Below are positions 35,243-39,757 of a stretch of DNA of 39,757 nucleotides, piece after piece. How positions within the stretch are numbered: position 1 is the first letter of the stretch; each line of letters begins with the position of its first letter. The notes under the pieces are model-generated. The model did no database searches. It was not told the DNA's origin and saw only the letters and a list, made by a program, of their open reading frames with translations. This stretch comes from Patescibacteria group bacterium (lineage in GTDB: Bacteria > Patescibacteriota > Minisyncoccia > UBA6257 > GWB1-50-10), in the NCBI GenBank assembly GCA_030018585.1, contig JASEHZ010000003.1, positions 1 through 39,757 on the forward strand, in the 5' to 3' direction. Position numbers and translations under genes: made by a program.

Positions 35243-37237
35243 TTACAATTTTTTAGACAACTTTTTAACTTCTTCCCGCAAAATCGTAGCCAACTCAAAA
35301 TCTAACCCTTTCGCCACTTCCAACATTTCTTTTTCTTTCTTATTAATCAACTCTTTAAGCGCGGATTTTGATTTTGGAATCGGTTTTGTTTCTAAATCCA
35401 GAATTTCTTGAACCGGAATAATATCGCTTATTTTTTTCTCAATTGTTTTAGGCGTAATTTTATGTTTTTTATTATAAGCGAATTGGAGCTTGCGCCGCCT
35501 TTCGGTTTCCCGAAACGCCCGCTTAATTGAACCAGTAATATTATCAGCGTAAATCAAAACCTCGCCTTTTACATTTCTTGCGGCTCGGCCAATTGTTTGG
35601 ATAAGCGAGGTTTCGCTCCGCAAAAAACCCTCTTTATCAGCGTCAAGAATCGCCACGAGCGACACTTCCGGTAAATCCAGACCCTCACGCAATAAATTAA
35701 CTCCCACCAAAACATCGAAATTTCCTTTACGCAAATTAGTTAAAATCTTAATCCGATCAAGAGTTTTAACATCGCTATGTAAATAAGCAACCTTAATTTT
35801 AAGATTTTCAATATAAGCGCTTAAATCCTCGGCCATTTTCTTGGTTAAAGTAGTTATAAGAACTCTTTCTTTTCCGTTTGTTTGCGAACCAACCCGGTTT
35901 TTAATCATTAAAATCAAATCATCTACTTGGCCACGCGCCGGCCGAATAATAATTTTCGGATCAACAAGCCCGGTTGGCCTGATAATTTGTTCAATAATTT
36001 GTTCGCTTTTTTCTTTTTCATAAGAAGCGGGCGTAGCCGAAGTATAAATTACTTGATTAATCTTTTTTTCAAATTCATTGAATCTTAACGGCCGATTATC
36101 AGCCGCTGAAGGCAAACGAAAACCGAATTCTATCAAAGTTTTTTTTCGCGAAGCATCACCTTCGTACATGCCGCTAAGCTGCGGAATAGTAACATGAGAT
36201 TCATCAATAACAGTTAAAAAATGTTTGGGAAAATAATTAAGAAGCGTATCCGGCGGATCGCCTTCGTTACGACCCGAAAGATGGCGAGAATAATTCTCAA
36301 TGCCATTGCAATAACCGATTTCTTTAATCATTGCCAAGTCAAATTTAGTCCGCCGCTCAAGCCGTTCAGCTTCCAAATACTTGCCTTGCGATTCAAAAAA
36401 CTTTAGACGAGTTCTTAATTCTTCTTTTATAGCTTGAATTGCTCGTTCACGATCAAGCGGCGGCGTAATAAAATGTTTTGCCGGCGCAATAAAAATCTCT
36501 TTTAATTTCGGCGTCTTACCGATTTGAAATCCCTTAACCGGGTTAACTTCGTATATTTCTTCAATGATCTTGCTTTGCACAGGATTTGCCGGATCGTTTT
36601 TTAATTTAAAAGCGTAAATAACTTCCCGATCTGGCGGCATAATTTCCCAATTATCGCCTCTTAACCTGAAAGTGCCGCGTTTTAAATCAGCAATCGTCCG
36701 CGTAAATTGCAATTCAATAAGCTTTTTTACAAATTCAGCTCTTAAAATTTTGTCACCAATTTTAAAATTAAAAATATTCTCGGCGTAGATTTGCGGCGCG
36801 CCAAGACCATAAATACAAGAAACCGAAGCAACCACAATAACGTCTTTTCTGGTTAAAAGCGCAGTTGTCGCCGCGTGACGAAGCTTATCAATCTCATCAT
36901 TAATTGTCGCTTCTTTGCCAATATAAGTATCAGATACGGGCAAATAAGCTTCTGGCTGGTAATAATCATAATAAGAAACAAAATAATTAACTGAATTTTC
37001 TGGAAAAAGTTCACGAAATTCATTGCATAACTGGGCGGCCAAAGTTTTATTGTGAGCAATCACAAGGGTTGATTTGTTAAATTCCGCGATAACATTAGCT
37101 ATAGTAAAGGTTTTCCCGGAACCAGTAACGCCCAAAAGCACTTGGTTTTTAAATCCTTTTTTTAACCCTTGATTTAACTTTTTAATAGCCGAGGGTTGAT
37201 CACCGGCTGGTTTGTATTTTGAGACAAGCTTAAACAT
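35243..37237 (-). CDS. uvrB: Excinuclease ABC subunit B
   Basis: PAGDQP.AI, LLGVTGSGKTFT, FVSYYDYYQPEAY, DADKEGFLRS, QTIGRAARN. Confidence 0.97.
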   Translation of the reverse strand: MFKLVSKYKPAGDQPSAIKKLNQGLKKGFKNQVLLGVTGSGKTFTIANVIAEFNKSTLVIAHNKTLAAQLCNEFRELFPENSVNYFVSYYDYYQPEAYLPVSDTYIGKEATINDEIDKLRHAATTALLTRKDVIVVASVSCIYGLGAPQIYAENIFNFKIGDKILRAEFVKKLIELQFTRTIADLKRGTFRLRGDNWEIMPPDREVIYAFKLKNDPANPVQSKIIEEIYEVNPVKGFQIGKTPKLKEIFIAPAKHFITPPLDRERAIQAIKEELRTRLKFFESQGKYLEAERLERRTKFDLAMIKEIGYCNGIENYSRHLSGRNEGDPPDTLLNYFPKHFLTVIDESHVTIPQLSGMYEGDASRKKTLIEFGFRLPSAADNRPLRFNEFEKKINQVIYTSATPASYEKEKSEQIIEQIIRPTGLVDPKIIIRPARGQVDDLILMIKNRVGSQTNGKERVLITTLTKKMAEDLSAYIENLKIKVAYLHSDVKTLDRIKILTNLRKGNFDVLVGVNLLREGLDLPEVSLVAILDADKEGFLRSETSLIQTIGRAARNVKGEVLIYADNITGSIKRAFRETERRRKLQFAYNKKHKITPKTIEKKISDIIPVQEILDLETKPIPKSKSALKELINKKEKEMLEVAKGLDFELATILREEVKKLSKKL

Positions 37238-37277
37238 ACTCTTTAATTAAGAGCTTTTTGAAAAAATAATCAAATTA

Positions 37278-37324
37278 ATCCTCCCATCTTTCCGCAAAGA
37301 TGGGAGGATAAAAAAGATGGGAGG
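37278..37324 (-). terminator. 14-bp hairpin with a duplicated arm downstream of the cohesin gene
   Basis: atcctcccatcttt-ccgc-aaagatgggaggat plus a second aaagatgggagg at 37313-37324. Confidence 0.6.
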
Positions 37325-37325
37325 G

Positions 37326-39074
37326 TTAAATTTTATCCAGATCTTTTAATTCCGATTCAATATCTTCTTTTACTTCTTCAATGTCTTTTTCTAAATGTTT
37401 TCTTTTTGCTTTTTGAGTGCTCGCGCTAAGATCAACGGTTCCACTAGCAGTTTCATCAAGGTCTTTTTCAAGATGCTGGATATCTGATTTAAGCTTGCTT
37501 CTAAAACTTTTTAATTCGTGCATAAAACGGCGACGAAACATTAATACCCTTGAATAAACAAAATAAAAAACCACAACAATTACGCCGAGTATAAGAATGC
37601 TGCCGACAATAACTGTTCCGTACTCCCCTAGAATTTTAAGCACTCCTTCTGCCCAGCCGCCAACTCTAACTTTGATTCTCTCCGTTTCCTCGCTTAACGC
37701 CCCTCTTAGATCGATTAATTGAGAATATAACTCATAATCTCCGTTTTTAAGCGAAGAATTAAAATCTCCTTTCCATTTTCCTTGTTCATCTACCGGCGTC
37801 TTAAAATTCACAACCCGATCGCCTTTTCGCAAAAAAATCAAAACTTCCATTAAATTATCATACGTACTCGGCAATGCTTCTCCTTCAATATATAAAGATT
37901 GCTGGGGCGGATTAAATTTAGACGGATATTTTTTAATAACTGGTTTTTTTAACGAGGTGATTTGAATTAAAAGATTAGATTCCTGATAATTTCCCGCTAA
38001 ATCATAAGCTTTTACAACCACAAAATGATTGCCCGGCAACTGGACCGGAAGCACATATTGGTCATCTTTTTTAAGAGTATTGGCGTCAATCCATGGTTTG
38101 CTACCGACTTTAACAAGGTAATTTAAAATACCCGAAACTTTATCAGTCGCGGAGAACTGAAGAATTGGCTTAGGATTAGTTGGATCTTCATTATCCCCAC
38201 GAGTCACAGAAAAAACTTCCGGCGGTGTCCGATCAATTTTTACTACTCGCCGCGCAACCGGTCCCCAAGTACCGCCTGAATCTCTAAATCTCGCATAAAA
38301 ATACCAAATACCGTCTTTAAATTTATTAAGATCGTATTTTGTTTGAGAAACCAATCCTTTGCTTACAGCCAGCAATGAATAATTTGAGTTATTAACAAAA
38401 GCATAGCTTACGCCGGAAACATTTTCGGATAAAACCCAAGAAACTTCCAATAATTGGCTGTTATACCATTTATTTTCGTCGAGGTGAGTTTTTGAACTAA
38501 TAACCGGCTTTGACGGCAATCCAAGTGTTTCTTCCGAAGGCTTATCTTCCAAAATAACCTGAGGCATCGGCAAAACCGTAGCGCTAATTTTATACAATGT
38601 TTCCCGAGTTGAATTTAAAACATTCGTGCCCATTCCATCATTAGCTAAAATCGCGCCGCTTGTAAGTTGAAACGAGGCCTGTCCTTCGCCCACGGTTTTG
38701 AAATTTATTGAAATAACTTTGCCGTTTGAACCAGTAAACCCGGGCGAAGGCAATCCGCCGCCAAAAGAAATCGTGCCTTCGGTATTTGAAAACACCGGTT
38801 CTTGAGACCAAAATTTAAAAATTGAACCGGCCGTAGAAACGCTTTCAACTTTCAAATATCTGAATGGAAAAGAAATTATTCCTTCGGCCGCGTTTATTGA
38901 AACGCCTTCGCTATTAACCGATAAAACCACCGAGAAACGCGCGCCGCTGTCATAAGAACCAGAAGCCGGCGAAAAATCAAAACTGGCAGCAAAAACTTTA
39001 GTTGCAAATACCGACGAAAAAACGACAGACGCCAACCCTGCAATTAAGAATGTTTTGATTTTTTTATTTTCCAT
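37326..39074 (-). CDS. Surface protein: signal peptide, cohesin-like domain, Ig-like domains, C-terminal TM and coiled tail
   Basis: INAAEG.I.F...L.V..VS..GSIF.FW..EP, G.ILANDG.GT.V, KIDRTPPE.F, D..SGI..Y.V. Confidence 0.7.
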   Translation of the reverse strand: MENKKIKTFLIAGLASVVFSSVFATKVFAASFDFSPASGSYDSGARFSVVLSVNSEGVSINAAEGIISFPFRYLKVESVSTAGSIFKFWSQEPVFSNTEGTISFGGGLPSPGFTGSNGKVISINFKTVGEGQASFQLTSGAILANDGMGTNVLNSTRETLYKISATVLPMPQVILEDKPSEETLGLPSKPVISSKTHLDENKWYNSQLLEVSWVLSENVSGVSYAFVNNSNYSLLAVSKGLVSQTKYDLNKFKDGIWYFYARFRDSGGTWGPVARRVVKIDRTPPEVFSVTRGDNEDPTNPKPILQFSATDKVSGILNYLVKVGSKPWIDANTLKKDDQYVLPVQLPGNHFVVVKAYDLAGNYQESNLLIQITSLKKPVIKKYPSKFNPPQQSLYIEGEALPSTYDNLMEVLIFLRKGDRVVNFKTPVDEQGKWKGDFNSSLKNGDYELYSQLIDLRGALSEETERIKVRVGGWAEGVLKILGEYGTVIVGSILILGVIVVVFYFVYSRVLMFRRRFMHELKSFRSKLKSDIQHLEKDLDETASGTVDLSASTQKAKRKHLEKDIEEVKEDIESELKDLDKI

Positions 39075-39757
39075 TGTTTGATTGCGTATACTATTACTAT
39101 AATCCCGATAATCGCAAAAATAAAAAGCATTGCGTATTTCAAATAGCCCGCTCTTTCTAAATTCAATACTTCTATCCTCTCATTACCAAAGTTATCCACA
39201 GCTTTTATCTGAATTTTTTGCACGCCTTCATTTAAAACATAAGGGCTTTCAGCCACGTGCCAATCAATAATTCCACTTCCGGTTACTTCTTTTACCTCAT
39301 AATGACTTATGCCGGATTCGTTATCTTCAGCGCCAAAAATTACTACCGGCTTATTGTCAAAAAAATTCTCATCTTGAAAAAATTCAGGCAAAAAAGCTTG
39401 CGGCGCGGTATTGTCAACAACGCCAGCAACTGAATCGCTTTTTGAAAAATAATCCAAAGAATCAAGTAATGCTAAAACATCACTGCCTGCTCCATCATTT
39501 AAATAAGCGGATGTTGTTGAAGAAAATTGCAGTTTTCCGCTTCCTTCCAAGATGATTTTGAAAATTACGCCATCGCCTTCAAAGCCATTTGGTTTGCCGC
39601 CGACAAAATCTATTTGATTATTTTGAAATTCGGGATTTTTCTGCCAAATTTCGGTTATGGTCGGCGAGGTAATAATTTTGCTTATTTTTATTTCTGGCGG
39701 AACCAAAACACTGCCCGTCCAAGCATTTACAGAAACATCGGATTGAATTCTTATCAT
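39044..39757 (-). CDS. Second cohesin-like surface protein, 5'-truncated by the window edge
   Basis: VNA..G, F.GG.PNGF.G.G, AYLNDGAG, D.TAP..F, D.ESGISHYEV, C-terminal TM. Confidence 0.65.
   Translation of the reverse strand: MIRIQSDVSVNAWTGSVLVPPEIKISKIITSPTITEIWQKNPEFQNNQIDFVGGKPNGFEGDGVIFKIILEGSGKLQFSSTTSAYLNDGAGSDVLALLDSLDYFSKSDSVAGVVDNTAPQAFLPEFFQDENFFDNKPVVIFGAEDNESGISHYEVKEVTGSGIIDWHVAESPYVLNEGVQKIQIKAVDNFGNERIEVLNLERAGYLKYAMLFIFAIIGIIVIVYAIKQWKIKKSKHS

Noticed and set aside
416-36406. Numerous plus-strand ORFs antisense to housekeeping genes
   Set aside because: Shadow frames of well-supported minus-strand genes
24718-36610. Other short insertions in SecD (LPVGRQ), UvrC (LPVGG), UvrA (NPPTSG) and UvrB (DPANPVQS) as decayed palindromes
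   Set aside because: Self-complementarity too weak to support without alignments
1-39757. CRISPR array, tRNA, rRNA, prophage or alternative genetic code
   Set aside because: No regularly spaced repeats, cloverleafs or phage gene sets seen; TGA and TAG terminate several conserved genes normally

Overview
AT-rich bacterial chromosomal segment, nearly all genes on the minus strand, standard code (TGA used as stop). Gene content (short RplM, RpoA without C-terminal domain, sigma4/HTH fusion, FtsA-like plus baseplate-J-like pair, VirB4/TraG-like ATPase trio, cohesin surface proteins) points to Patescibacteria/CPR (Parcubacteria-like); this is an inference. Housekeeping content: rseP, frr, holB, mreB, a liv-type ABC transporter cluster, infA-rpmJ-rpsM-rpsK-rpsD-rpoA-rplQ-rplM-rpsI, secD/secF, uvrA/uvrB/uvrC and tgt. 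The most unusual signals are non-coding. (1) Two homologous structured RNA elements span stop-to-start at the rpmJ-rpsM and rpoA-rplQ junctions (candidate duplicated ribosomal-protein leader). (2) Transposase-free cassettes bounded by CCC...GGG inverted repeats and ~4-bp target duplications; two carry only a small GIY-YIG nuclease, several are empty, and they sit at gene junctions and start codons. (3) A free-standing ~240-nt structured ncRNA candidate at 27234-27475. Also present: a G12 tract in a binding protein and an FCB-type T9SS-tail gene broken by one TAG.
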